This document shows positions 11,112 to 20,684 of a stretch of 64,000 bases of DNA, piece by piece (the stretch's first letter is position 1; every line of letters begins with the position of its first letter). The notes under the pieces were generated by a model. It ran no database searches. It was not told the origin of the DNA and was given only the letters and a program-made list of their open reading frames with translations. A program made the translations under genes and the position numbers. The stretch comes from an uncultured Oscillospiraceae bacterium (GTDB taxonomy: Bacteria; Bacillota; Clostridia; Peptostreptococcales; Anaerovoracaceae): positions 2,395-66,394 of the forward strand of contig CAYTKT010000005.1 in NCBI GenBank assembly GCA_964438605.1, read 5' to 3'.

Positions 11112-13589
11112 TCACTTTGAAATCATACTCTTATATTTTGCGATTGCATCGGCTTTTTTGTTCACTTTCATTTTGTCATAAGCTGAAGCAATATGCTTCT
11201 TGACCGTAGAATGGGAAACGAACAGAATCTTTGAAATCGCTTCCGCAGTGTAGCCTTCGATGACTAAATCCATGACCTCACATTCACGCTTGGTCAGCGG
11301 CAGACGACGTTTCCCGTCGCTGCGGCATATTTTGCGCGCTTTTACAAAATCTTTTGCAAGCGGAATAATCTTCTGCGCAAACGGCGTCTGAATGGCTTCG
11401 AGAATTGGAATCAATTCATAAGCATGTTCAGCAAAAATCACAACGCAGTCATCCGGTTCAGCCAACTCAAGCGCCTCTTCCAGAATCGGCTGAGCCGCCT
11501 CAAGGCCGCTCGTATGGTACTTGCAGATGCAGTCGAAAATCATCGTAACAATCACACCGATCACACACTGCCGTTCCGTATAGAGCCTGAAAAGATATGG
11601 ACACATGCTTTCAAGCTCCGTATAATCGCCCCGCTCGCAGAGAATTTTGGCCACAATGACATAACCTGAATCCCGCGCAGGCGCCATCAACTTTGCTTCT
11701 GAAATCATACCTTCGCTAAGCCAGCGCGGAATCTGGTCGTACCTGCCCATATAACTGTAAACATAAGCGAGAATAAATTCATAACAGCTCAGCAGCACTG
11801 AATTACCCAGATTTTCCACTTCCTGTATCAGCTGAAGCAGAATTTCATCAATGTCCTTAACGCGTCCCTGGCTCATCGCAAGACGAAGCAAAATAAACGA
11901 TGCGGAAAGCACAATACAATGCTGTTCCCGTGCGCGGGCCTTGTAAAGCGCTTTATAAGCTGCAATCTCAGAAGCCTCGAAGTTACCCATCATATATTCG
12001 TACTCGCTGCGCACGAGATATTCATAGCCGGCGCCGCAGCCGTTGGCTATATGATTAAAAATTTCAAACTCCCGTTCCACCATTTCAACGAGCTTCAGCA
12101 TTTCGCCCCTCTTGCGGTGATACAAAAACAGTGTCAGCGGCACGCCAAAAGTGATAATAATATTGGAATTGAAAATCTTAGATGTTCCCCCGTTGAAAAA
12201 CTCATTTGCCAGCTTGTAACAGTCGAACATTTTTTCCAGATCATTAAACGCCACAATGCTCTCGATCAGTGCAATCTCGCCCATAATCTGGCGTCTATCC
12301 GGCAGATCCTTTTGTTTATTGTAATATTCGGAAGCTTCCTGCAGCATCTTTTTGCCCTGCTTGATGTCGATATAGACGCTGTAAGAATAAATATACGTCA
12401 GGTAGCCGATAGGATTCGACAATTTCGTTTTCAGATCCATCTTGTTGAAAGCACGAATTACGACTCTCGGCGCAGAACTCATCAGCATTGAGGAATTATA
12501 CTCGGACATGATGTCTAACACTTTTTCATGGTCATTACATTTGCTGAAAGCGCTGACAGCCCCGATACGGTTTCCAGCCGCCAGACACCAGTTGCCCTGG
12601 CGCTCAAAAATTTCCCGGTCGTCGATTCCCGATTTCTGAAATTCTTCTTTTAACAGAATACGCAGCATTTCATGAAAACTGTAAAGCCCTGATTTGTCGT
12701 CAAATTTGACGAAGCAGTTGCTCTCATACATAGAAACGATAATCGGTTTGACCTCGCGCTTTGTCGTAACAAACTGTGCCTGATCCAGTGTAAACCAGCT
12801 CAGTTTCGATAATATCAGCAGCATTTTCTGTTCTTCTTCATTGTAGCGCTCATAGACGGCGCTGCGCATCAGCTTCACGCCGCTTTCCATATTCGTAAAC
12901 TCGCCATAGGCCCGATAATACATGAGCGCCAGATAAAGCGCTGACGTCCAGCCCTTTGTCTTCTCATAAAGCTCATCTGCCTCCTGGACAGACAGCCTCG
13001 CGTCATTCAGAGTAAAGAAATCCTCCGATTCACGCCGTGAAAACTCGAAATTTTCCTGAGTCATCAAGTGCGCCTTGCCCTGTGATACCAGTGCATCCAC
13101 GTCCATCAGCGGATAGGAACGCCCAATGAGAACGAAATGAAGACCCGGAATTCCTGCAAAAGCAACGCGCTCCACTACGTTAGACAGAAGGCGGCTCTGG
13201 CACAGATGAACATCGTCAAGTACGACAACTGTTTCCGTCTCCATCGCTGACCTGATGTGCTCGATCAGTACGTCAAAATCGAAATCCGAGCGCGGCACGC
13301 CATATTCAAACATTTTTTTGCCAAGCTCGGCGTTTGTAATTTCTACGGTATGGCAAAATCTGACCCAAACCCAGACATCCTCTTCATTTTCATCGCTGAA
13401 GGAAAACCAGACCGTCTTGACCCGTCTTTTCTTCCTCAGAAAATCGCGAACAGCTGTCGTCTTTCCAAATCCCATGCCGGAGATTACAAAAAAGAGCGGC
13501 ATCGAAAAAATTTTGTCGAGATGCTTTTTCAGGTGCGCTCTATGCAGGATACGCGGCTTTATGATTTTCTGCTCTGAATTTTTTGACAT
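11112..13589 (-). CDS. MalT-like STAND ATPase / LuxR-family transcriptional regulator
   Basis: N-terminal P-loop GMGFGKTTAV, a long helical/TPR-like middle region, and a C-terminal LuxR HTH (LTKRECEVMDLVIEGYTAEAISKILFVSHSTVKKHI). The ATG at 13589 has a GGAGG RBS. It overlaps the wecB 3' end by 31 nt. Confidence 0.8.
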   Translation of the reverse strand: MSKNSEQKIIKPRILHRAHLKKHLDKIFSMPLFFVISGMGFGKTTAVRDFLRKKRRVKTVWFSFSDENEEDVWVWVRFCHTVEITNAELGKKMFEYGVPRSDFDFDVLIEHIRSAMETETVVVLDDVHLCQSRLLSNVVERVAFAGIPGLHFVLIGRSYPLMDVDALVSQGKAHLMTQENFEFSRRESEDFFTLNDARLSVQEADELYEKTKGWTSALYLALMYYRAYGEFTNMESGVKLMRSAVYERYNEEEQKMLLILSKLSWFTLDQAQFVTTKREVKPIIVSMYESNCFVKFDDKSGLYSFHEMLRILLKEEFQKSGIDDREIFERQGNWCLAAGNRIGAVSAFSKCNDHEKVLDIMSEYNSSMLMSSAPRVVIRAFNKMDLKTKLSNPIGYLTYIYSYSVYIDIKQGKKMLQEASEYYNKQKDLPDRRQIMGEIALIESIVAFNDLEKMFDCYKLANEFFNGGTSKIFNSNIIITFGVPLTLFLYHRKRGEMLKLVEMVEREFEIFNHIANGCGAGYEYLVRSEYEYMMGNFEASEIAAYKALYKARAREQHCIVLSASFILLRLAMSQGRVKDIDEILLQLIQEVENLGNSVLLSCYEFILAYVYSYMGRYDQIPRWLSEGMISEAKLMAPARDSGYVIVAKILCERGDYTELESMCPYLFRLYTERQCVIGVIVTMIFDCICKYHTSGLEAAQPILEEALELAEPDDCVVIFAEHAYELIPILEAIQTPFAQKIIPLAKDFVKARKICRSDGKRRLPLTKRECEVMDLVIEGYTAEAISKILFVSHSTVKKHIASAYDKMKVNKKADAIAKYKSMISK

Positions 13590-14683
13590 TTTAAAGCCTC
13601 CAGTATTCTGTCGCACGCAGCACCGTCTCCGTAAGGATTTGACGCCTGCGCCATAGCGTCATAAGCGCTCTGATCCGTAAGCAGCTGGCGGGCAAGAGAT
13701 GCAACCGTTTCCCGTTCCACGCCTGCCAGTCTGACAGTTCCCGCTTTGACTGCCTCAGGGCGTTCCGTTTCCCTGCGGACGACGAGAACAGGCTTTCCCA
13801 GAGACGGGGCTTCCTCCTGCATCCCGCCGGAATCCGTAATAATAAAGTAGGATTTTGCCATTAAATTGACAAAAGGCTGATAGGCCAGCGGTTCGATCAG
13901 ATGAACGTTTTCGCATCCGCCGAAAATCCGTGACGCCGTCTCCCTGACCTTTGGATTCATATGAACAGGATAAACGACTTCCACATCACTAAATTCTTCC
14001 GCGATGTCGTGAATCGCATGAAAAATATTTTCCATATATTCTCCCAGATTTTCTCTGCGATGGCACGTCACAGCGATCACCCGTTTCGCGTTAAAATCAA
14101 TCTGTTTCAGCGTTTCTTCTTCAAATTCGTAAGGCTTTCCGGCTACCTCAAGCAGCGCATCGACGACTGTATTTCCTGTGACAAACACGGACTCCTCCGC
14201 GATTCCTTCTTTTTTCAGATTTTCCAGATTGCGCTGCGTCGGTGCGAAATGGACGGACGCGAGACGGCCCGTCAGTACGCGGTTTGCTTCTTCGGGAAAC
14301 GGCGAATACATATCGTAAGTCCGCAGCCCCGCTTCCACATGTCCTACTGGAATCTTCCTGTAAAACGATGCCAGCGCCGCCGAAAAGGTAGTGCTCGTAT
14401 CGCCGTGAACGAGAACGATGTCAGGCTCCTCCTTTGAAAGCACTTCATCAAGCCCTTTCAGGACGTTTGCCGTAATCATGGCCAGCGTCTGGTTCGGTTT
14501 CATAATATTCAAATCGTAATCAGGCGCCAGTCCGAAAAGCTCCAGAACCTGATCCAGCATTTCCCGATGCTGCGCCGTAACGCAGAGCACCGATTCAAAA
14601 TACGGATCCTGCTGAAGCTTTTTCACCAAAGGCGCCATCTTGATGGCTTCCGGCCTCGTACCGAAGACTGACATCACTTTCAT
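13559..14683 (-). CDS. wecB: UDP-N-acetylglucosamine 2-epimerase (non-hydrolysing)
   Basis: 374 aa. MKVMSVFGTRPEAIKMAP and HGDTST motifs typical of WecB/MnaA. Confidence 0.9.
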   Translation of the reverse strand: MKVMSVFGTRPEAIKMAPLVKKLQQDPYFESVLCVTAQHREMLDQVLELFGLAPDYDLNIMKPNQTLAMITANVLKGLDEVLSKEEPDIVLVHGDTSTTFSAALASFYRKIPVGHVEAGLRTYDMYSPFPEEANRVLTGRLASVHFAPTQRNLENLKKEGIAEESVFVTGNTVVDALLEVAGKPYEFEEETLKQIDFNAKRVIAVTCHRRENLGEYMENIFHAIHDIAEEFSDVEVVYPVHMNPKVRETASRIFGGCENVHLIEPLAYQPFVNLMAKSYFIITDSGGMQEEAPSLGKPVLVVRRETERPEAVKAGTVRLAGVERETVASLARQLLTDQSAYDAMAQASNPYGDGAACDRILEALKCQKIQSRKS

Positions 14684-14948
14684 TTATTTTCCCTCCATCA
14701 TTCTGAAACATTCCACCGGTTCTTTTCCGGCACTTTTATCTGGTGAAGCTGCTGCAAAACGGCGCTCTGTCATTTTTCCACCGGTCAGCGCACTATTCCT
14801 TCTCCGAATCTGACCGAAACACACCTGCTTTTACGTCAGTCATCCCGCCGTCCGAAACCGAAGGTTCCGCCGTTTTGATCGTACCAGTCTTTTCCTTCGG
14901 ATTTGCGCCTGCCGTTCTGTCCTCTGCATCTGCCAGAGCGGTATCCGT

Positions 14949-16403
14949 TCATTCGTCCTTCGATGCTTCCGAATCTGCCCCTGTCGTCGGTTCGCCTTTT
15001 GCAGCTGACGAATCTACTTCCGTCGGTTCGCCCTTTTCAGCTGGCGAATCTACTTCCGTCGGTTCATTCTTCGCAGCTGCCGAACCCGCTCCTATCCATT
15101 CATCTTCTGGCACTGCCGAACCCGCTCCTGCTGATGCTCCGCCCGTCTCCCCGGACGGCGCATCAGCTTTCGACAGTTTGCCAAACGCAGCTTCCGAGCC
15201 AGTTCCCGCGTCTTCCTCTTTGCCGTTCTTTCCTTCTATCATAGTCTGCTGGGTATCACTTTCTGTATTCAACACATTCGCGTTCAAAGCATCCCCATCC
15301 TCAAAATTTTTATTTTCTGCATTGTGAACCAATCCCTCATGAGAAATCCCCTTTAAAGTCGAATGATCAGCCACAAACACGCAGAGAAGCGCCACCGCTG
15401 TAACAATCATAATAGCAGCCTCGATCAGTTCCCGTTTTACGATCATAATGGCAACCATTCCCATAACGGCACTGATACAGTACATAATCAGAACAGTCCG
15501 CCGCTGCCCCATGCCTCTGTTCATAATCCTGTGATGAACGTGGCCTTTGTCAGCTTCCATAATCGGCTGCCCGTTGACCCATCTGCGAATAATCGCAAAA
15601 GCCGTATCGAAAATCGGCAGACCGAGCGCCAAAAACGGCACAATCGTCACGATCAGTGTCGCTCCTTTCGTAGAACCGAGTACAGAAATCGAGCCGATCA
15701 TAAAGCCGAGATAAAGAGAACCGCTGTCACCCATAAAAATTTTGGCCGGATGAAAATTATACGGCAAAAATCCCAGCGCTCCGCCGGTGACTGCCATCAT
15801 CGCTGCCGCAACGCCATACTGGCCGCTCAGAACGGACGCGTAGCTGATATAGGCCGACGCAATCGCCGCGACGCCAGCCGCCAGGCCATCCAGACCATCT
15901 ATCAGATTAATCGTGTTCGTAATGCCTACGATCCATATGACTGTAATGATAAAACTGATCACCAGCGGGAAATGGATATACGTCTCCATACTCAATGGAT
16001 TTTTTACAAAATTGATTCTGATGCCGCCGACGTAGATGATGGCCGCACAGAGTATCTGAAGCAAAAATTTCAGCTTTGCCGGCAATCCGCGCAGATCGTC
16101 GATAACGCCCACCGCATAAATCAAAATTCCGCCGATAATAATTGTCACGACCTTCGGATCCGAGTGACAGAAAACAGCAAGTGCGATCTCCGTTCCTGCA
16201 AAAATCGCCATGCCGCCGAAACGCGGCATCGGCTTATGATGCATCCGCCTGTTGTCCTTGGGGATGTCCATCGCCCCGATTTTCGGTGCGATCCGGATGG
16301 CCACCGGCGTCAGCAGACATGCGATAACAAAGGCAGTCGCCAGTACCGAAAAATACGGCATAAAGCCAGTAAATCCATCTATTATGATCTGTTTTACACT
16401 CAT
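14949..16403 (-). CDS. glycosyltransferase family 4 (WecA/TagO/MraY-like undecaprenyl-phosphate sugar-phosphate transferase) with repetitive C-terminal tail
   Basis: Polytopic membrane protein with GT4 motifs (NLIDGLDGLA, FMGDSGSL). About 130 residues of acidic low-complexity tail end in 12-aa repeats. Confidence 0.85.
   Translation of the reverse strand: MSVKQIIIDGFTGFMPYFSVLATAFVIACLLTPVAIRIAPKIGAMDIPKDNRRMHHKPMPRFGGMAIFAGTEIALAVFCHSDPKVVTIIIGGILIYAVGVIDDLRGLPAKLKFLLQILCAAIIYVGGIRINFVKNPLSMETYIHFPLVISFIITVIWIVGITNTINLIDGLDGLAAGVAAIASAYISYASVLSGQYGVAAAMMAVTGGALGFLPYNFHPAKIFMGDSGSLYLGFMIGSISVLGSTKGATLIVTIVPFLALGLPIFDTAFAIIRRWVNGQPIMEADKGHVHHRIMNRGMGQRRTVLIMYCISAVMGMVAIMIVKRELIEAAIMIVTAVALLCVFVADHSTLKGISHEGLVHNAENKNFEDGDALNANVLNTESDTQQTMIEGKNGKEEDAGTGSEAAFGKLSKADAPSGETGGASAGAGSAVPEDEWIGAGSAAAKNEPTEVDSPAEKGEPTEVDSSAAKGEPTTGADSEASKDE
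14967..15074. repeat. 3 x 36-bp in-frame tandem repeat in the transferase tail
   Basis: GTCGGTTCGCC(C)TTTTCAGCTGRCGAATCTACTTCC is repeated. It encodes AKNEPTEVDSPA/EKGEPTEVDSSA/AKGEPTTGADSE. Confidence 0.75.
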
Positions 16404-16533
16404 ATCGTTACCTCATAAAAATGCGCAGCCGATCCCCGTTCACGGGCCTGTCCGATTATCATTTCCTGCTGCACCCCTGTTTTCTGATACATTTCTTCCA
16501 CAATTTATCCAACCATCAATATCAAACAGCGAA

Positions 16534-17031
16534 CTACAACCGGTCGCCCGTTTCTCCGTCCGTCTGCTCCTGCTGAAACATCTTTTCAACTTTAAGACCC
16601 GCCTCCGAAAGCATCTGCTCTGCGCTTTCGTCCGGATAGCCTTCCTTGACGACGATCCGGCGAATCCCCGAATTGATAATCATTTTCGCGCAGAGAATAC
16701 ACGGCTGATTCGTGCAGTAAAGCGTAGCGTCCGCAATCGAAACTCCGAGATATGCCGCCTGAACGATCGCATTCTGCTCCGCATGAATCCCTCGGCACAA
16801 TTCGTGGCGCTGTCCGGAAGGAATGTTCATCCTCTCCCGCTGACAGCCCCGGACGCTGCAATGCTCGATGCCGCCCGGCACGCCGTTGTAGCCCGTCGCT
16901 AAAATCCTGTGATCCTTGACGATAATCGCACCGACGGCCCGCCGCAGACACGTGGAACGTTTCCGCGCCACTTCAGCCATTTCCATAAAATATTCATCCC
17001 AGTCAGGTCTGTTATTGATTCTATCTATCAT
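16534..17031 (-). CDS. dCMP deaminase (ComEB-type cytidine/deoxycytidylate deaminase)
   Basis: 165 aa with zinc motifs HAEQNAI and PCILCAKMI. Confidence 0.85.
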   Translation of the reverse strand: MIDRINNRPDWDEYFMEMAEVARKRSTCLRRAVGAIIVKDHRILATGYNGVPGGIEHCSVRGCQRERMNIPSGQRHELCRGIHAEQNAIVQAAYLGVSIADATLYCTNQPCILCAKMIINSGIRRIVVKEGYPDESAEQMLSEAGLKVEKMFQQEQTDGETGDRL

Positions 17032-18023
17032 ATGTCATTCTCCCGAAAATACACTTCAGCCATGTAAAGGCCCTGAGGCGGAGCCGTGTGTCCCGCGCGG
17101 CTTCTGTCGCAGGAATCGAGAATCTCAGGCAGTGATTCAGCAGAAATACGGCCAAGGCCGACATCAACCAAAGTTCCTGCTATGATTCTTACCATATTAT
17201 ATAAAAATCCATTTCCTTCTAACGAAACAGAAATTTCTCTACATTCACTACATTCACTGTCCGATTCTTCTTCAGAATCTAGCCGAAAAGCGGAATGAAA
17301 ATTCGGTCCGGCAGAAATAATCCGCGTTGACATGCCTGCTGTCTGTCCTTGTATACCTGTGTTCTCCAATTTTTTGTCAGCAGTTTCCCCGGCTTGTCCC
17401 TCTGCTTCCGTCTGCAGCAAAGGCTGCGATTTTGATACTCTTTCAGTTCCCCACCGGGAAACAACATCTGCGGTTTCAAGCTCTGTGCGAAAAATTTTCC
17501 GCACCGTGCCACCCTTGAGATTACTCCCCGCGGCCATAAATCCTGCGAAATCGTGAGTTCCGGGAAAAGCCGCAAGCGCCCGGCGCATGGCGTCCACATC
17601 GAGACGCTGTTTTACATGATAGCGGTAATTGCGCAGAAACACGGGCATCTGCGGTCCGTTAAAAATGCGGTAAACATATTTTTTCCCTACAGCACTGAAA
17701 CGCGCGTGAAATTCCGGACGAACCTGACGCACCGAAGTAATGCGCACGTCACTGCCCATCATACGGTTTTTCGTCAGCAGATCGTTTGCGGCTGGCATAA
17801 TCCGCTCCACGGGAATTCCGAACTCTGCGGAAAACGTAGCACACTGGCCGAGAGCGTGAACTCCTGCGTCAGTCCTGCCCGTACCGTCGATGAGAATCTC
17901 CTGGCCGCACAAAAGCGAAAGAACGCGCTCCAGTTCGCCCTGCACAGTGCGCTTCCCCGGCTGACGCTGCCATCCGGAAAATCCGGCGCCGTCATATTCG
18001 ATTGTCAGCAGGATATTTTTCAC
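17028..18023 (-). CDS. truA: tRNA pseudouridine(38-40) synthase TruA, with internal insertion
   Basis: 331 aa. Has RTDAGVHA with the catalytic Asp and [10 protein letters not shown]. About 74 extra residues sit between them. There is a 4-nt overlap with the deaminase gene. Confidence 0.9.
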   Translation of the reverse strand: MKNILLTIEYDGAGFSGWQRQPGKRTVQGELERVLSLLCGQEILIDGTGRTDAGVHALGQCATFSAEFGIPVERIMPAANDLLTKNRMMGSDVRITSVRQVRPEFHARFSAVGKKYVYRIFNGPQMPVFLRNYRYHVKQRLDVDAMRRALAAFPGTHDFAGFMAAGSNLKGGTVRKIFRTELETADVVSRWGTERVSKSQPLLQTEAEGQAGETADKKLENTGIQGQTAGMSTRIISAGPNFHSAFRLDSEEESDSECSECREISVSLEGNGFLYNMVRIIAGTLVDVGLGRISAESLPEILDSCDRSRAGHTAPPQGLYMAEVYFRENDI

Positions 18024-18210
18024 TTGATTCCTCTTTTTCCGTATATACCGAAAAGCATATAATTAAAGTTATTATATCATGATTTTTGCATTTTTCGATG
18101 AAATGTTCATGATATTTTATTTTCTTCCGCCTCTTGACTGGTAATATTTTACATGATATACTCATGTGTGTCAATATCTGGAATGCAAAAAAAGAAGGAA
18201 AAAACGAAAT

Positions 18211-18984
18211 ATGACATTATTTTTGATCGTGACGCAAAACTGGCCCGCATGGGTGACAGTGGCCGTTCAAATTCTGATCTGCGCTGCGGCGGGACTTGTC
18301 TGCGGCAAAGCCGTTGTCTGGCTCTACGCCCGTATTCCTGACAGCTGGCTATGTGAAGCCGGACAAGAAGACTTCAAAGAAACCGCCCTCGCTCCTCCGG
18401 CTGCCTGCGCACTCATCAGATCTTCCGGAAAAAAAGCCGGCACAGCCTGTGCTTTAGCCGTTTTCGCTGACTTGATGTATGCATGGCACGCGATGATTCC
18501 TGTTCCAGCGGCCGTTCTGACGGCACTCGCCGTCACAGCACTTGCAACCGCCGCTCAGAGCGACGCCGATTTCATGATTATTCCCGACCAGTTCTGCGCA
18601 TTTATCCTTGTTGCCGGAGTCATGGCCGCAGGATTTGAAGAATCTTCATTCCATAAAGGAATCCGTTCGGCTGCCGAATCTCTCGCTGCAGCGGGCGCGG
18701 GATTTGCGGCGATGTTTGTCGCAGCCCTTCTCGCATGTTGGATGAAAAAAGACAGCGATGCGCTCGGCATGGGCGACGTAAAATTAATTGCAGCCTGCGG
18801 CGCACTTTCAGGACCGGAGGGGATATTTCCGCTGATATTTATCGCGTCGGCGTCAAGCGCCCTGTATATGTCCGTCTGCATTATCACGCGGCGCGCCGGC
18901 GCTGCCGATCCCAAACCGATGGCGCCGTGGATTTTTTTAGCCGCGGTTATTTGTCTTCCCCTTCGGTTTGAACTTATTGTATAA
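18211..18984 (+). CDS. A24-family prepilin peptidase-like membrane protein
   Basis: Polytopic membrane protein carrying both Asp motifs (DFMIIPDQ and GMGDVKLIAACG). The ATG at 18211 has a GAAGGA RBS. No pilin genes are adjacent. Confidence 0.7.
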   Translation: MTLFLIVTQNWPAWVTVAVQILICAAAGLVCGKAVVWLYARIPDSWLCEAGQEDFKETALAPPAACALIRSSGKKAGTACALAVFADLMYAWHAMIPVPAAVLTALAVTALATAAQSDADFMIIPDQFCAFILVAGVMAAGFEESSFHKGIRSAAESLAAAGAGFAAMFVAALLACWMKKDSDALGMGDVKLIAACGALSGPEGIFPLIFIASASSALYMSVCIITRRAGAADPKPMAPWIFLAAVICLPLRFELIV

Positions 18985-19092
18985 CTTAATATATAAAACA
19001 CAAGCGCTTCTTTCCCCACTCGTCAGCGGCGAAAGGATTGAAAACTGTAAATAAAAGTCAGACAGGAAACAGAATAAACAAAAGGAGACAAT

Positions 19093-20085
19093 ATGAAAAA
19101 AATATTCAAAGCAAAAAAGCTGTATCAATGGAACAGATGCATCCCCGTCGGCGAACGTTCCGACTGGGAACTTGCGGCATACAATCCCGACGACTATTTT
19201 GGAACGTCTCTCCTCTTTCATAACAACCGCAGCGAATACGCTTTAGGCGCCGTATCTGAAACGGGCCGAAACGACTGTTTTTATCATCTGCGAAATTTCG
19301 CAGAAATCTTTTTCGCTTCCCGCCAAACGGAAAATATATGGGCCGTCCTCGCCTGTTTCGATGACATGGAATATCTACTGCGTATCAGATTTGAAACCGG
19401 TCAAAATCCGCTTGTTCTCAACATCATTCCGCTGGAAAGCGAGGTCAGCCGCTGCATGATTAACAGACGGGGCCATATCCTGATCGGTTATGACAACAGT
19501 TCGTATTACAGCGAGCCGACCGTTGCTCAAACCACTTCCGGCTTTACAAACACGGGCCTATGGGGAAAATCAGGAGCTTCAAAAACCGCCCAGGCGACCG
19601 GCACTGTGGGTTTTTCTTTCCCCGGCCAGCGCCCCGTACCTCCACTGCTGGAATGGTACGATGCGGAAGGCAAACTGCTCTACCTGTTTTCCGACAATTT
19701 GAATACTTCCATTACAGAGTTGAATATCGACAGCAATGACAATGCTCTCGCGGCGGCCGATCTTTCGGAATTTATCCTGCGCTTATCTGAAGATAAAATT
19801 TCTTACATTTCCGACCCCGACCTTCCGCACTTCACGATCTGCGGTCTGACGGAAACGCCCGACAGAAGCGGATGCCTGATCACATACAGTCTCCTGCCTT
19901 CAGGCAGTGAATCTTCTGACACGGAGGACGTTTACAAATCTGTATGGATGTCTGCCGGCGAAAAACCCGCCGAATGTGCCGTTTTTTCCGAGGAAGGCAA
20001 AGAACTGCCGCTGAATGGCTATTCCTGCCGGGCAAACGTCATACTCATCGAGTCAGAAGGCTGGATTTATCGCGTCGGCCTATAA
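19093..20085 (+). CDS. hypothetical protein (330 aa, no recognisable domain)
   Basis: Good RBS (AAAGGAGA) and a long ORF that does not shadow another gene. No signal peptide or known motif seen. Confidence 0.65.
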   Translation: MKKIFKAKKLYQWNRCIPVGERSDWELAAYNPDDYFGTSLLFHNNRSEYALGAVSETGRNDCFYHLRNFAEIFFASRQTENIWAVLACFDDMEYLLRIRFETGQNPLVLNIIPLESEVSRCMINRRGHILIGYDNSSYYSEPTVAQTTSGFTNTGLWGKSGASKTAQATGTVGFSFPGQRPVPPLLEWYDAEGKLLYLFSDNLNTSITELNIDSNDNALAAADLSEFILRLSEDKISYISDPDLPHFTICGLTETPDRSGCLITYSLLPSGSESSDTEDVYKSVWMSAGEKPAECAVFSEEGKELPLNGYSCRANVILIESEGWIYRVGL

Positions 20086-20684
20086 TCCGGTCCTGGTGTC
20101 TTTTATCTGTATCTTTTCCGCAGAGGCAACTTCTGTTACAATCTATAATGAAATGAAACAGCGAACGGGCGCCCTTCTGTCGGCCGCAGCCGCGGTTTTG
20201 CTGGCGCTGCCCTCTGTGCAAATGCCCTCTGTTTTTTTGCGAACGCTGGAAGCTGTCTTTTTGCCAATGGCGGTTATTCAGATTACAGACAGATTTCTGC
20301 TCCACTGAAACTGCGGCGAAGCAGAAATCAACGCACGAAACGCGCTGCTCTGGCTGACCGGTTTTTTGATTTACCGATTTTTCTCTCGCACTGGATTTTT
20401 TTGCGGGTTCTGCCCTGCCTGCGACATTGCTTCTCGTGGCAGCCTGCTGCCTTGAAAATGCCGCTGCGCCGCATCTGAACGGATTGTGGGAAAAAATCGC
20501 CGGACGCTGTAAACGCCTGAGCGAATACATACCGAAAAACAAACGAAAAACAAGCTGAGTGCCAGACGACAGACAAACGGTGCCGCAGGTCTTCTGCCAA
20601 AGTAAGGAACTGCTGCGATGGTCTGCAGTCGCGTGCTTCCATTCCAAGTATGATACTGATTACTAATAAAAAAGGAATATTCAA

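Noticed and set aside
10912-11115. 67-aa ORF overlapping the LuxR-regulator stop codon (GTGA overlap).
   Set aside because: It has a GTG start without an SD and an odd Cys/Lys-rich composition with no motif. The overlap is probably fortuitous.
15363-16418. Long antisense ORFs: 1905..2663, 15363..16418, 20328..21299, 22117..22764, 28127..29125, 41555..42544, 53047..54423 and 57596..59149.
   Set aside because: All lie opposite well-supported genes. They have Arg/His/Cys-rich, low-complexity translations, no RBS and no recognisable motifs. They are shadow ORFs.
20310-20684. TPP riboswitch upstream of thiE.
   Set aside because: Fragments such as CCTGAGCGAATAC and GCCAGACG are suggestive, but the conserved ACCTGA...GGATAATGCCAGCG core and the P2/P3 pairing are absent. 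This needs a covariance-model scan (RF00059).
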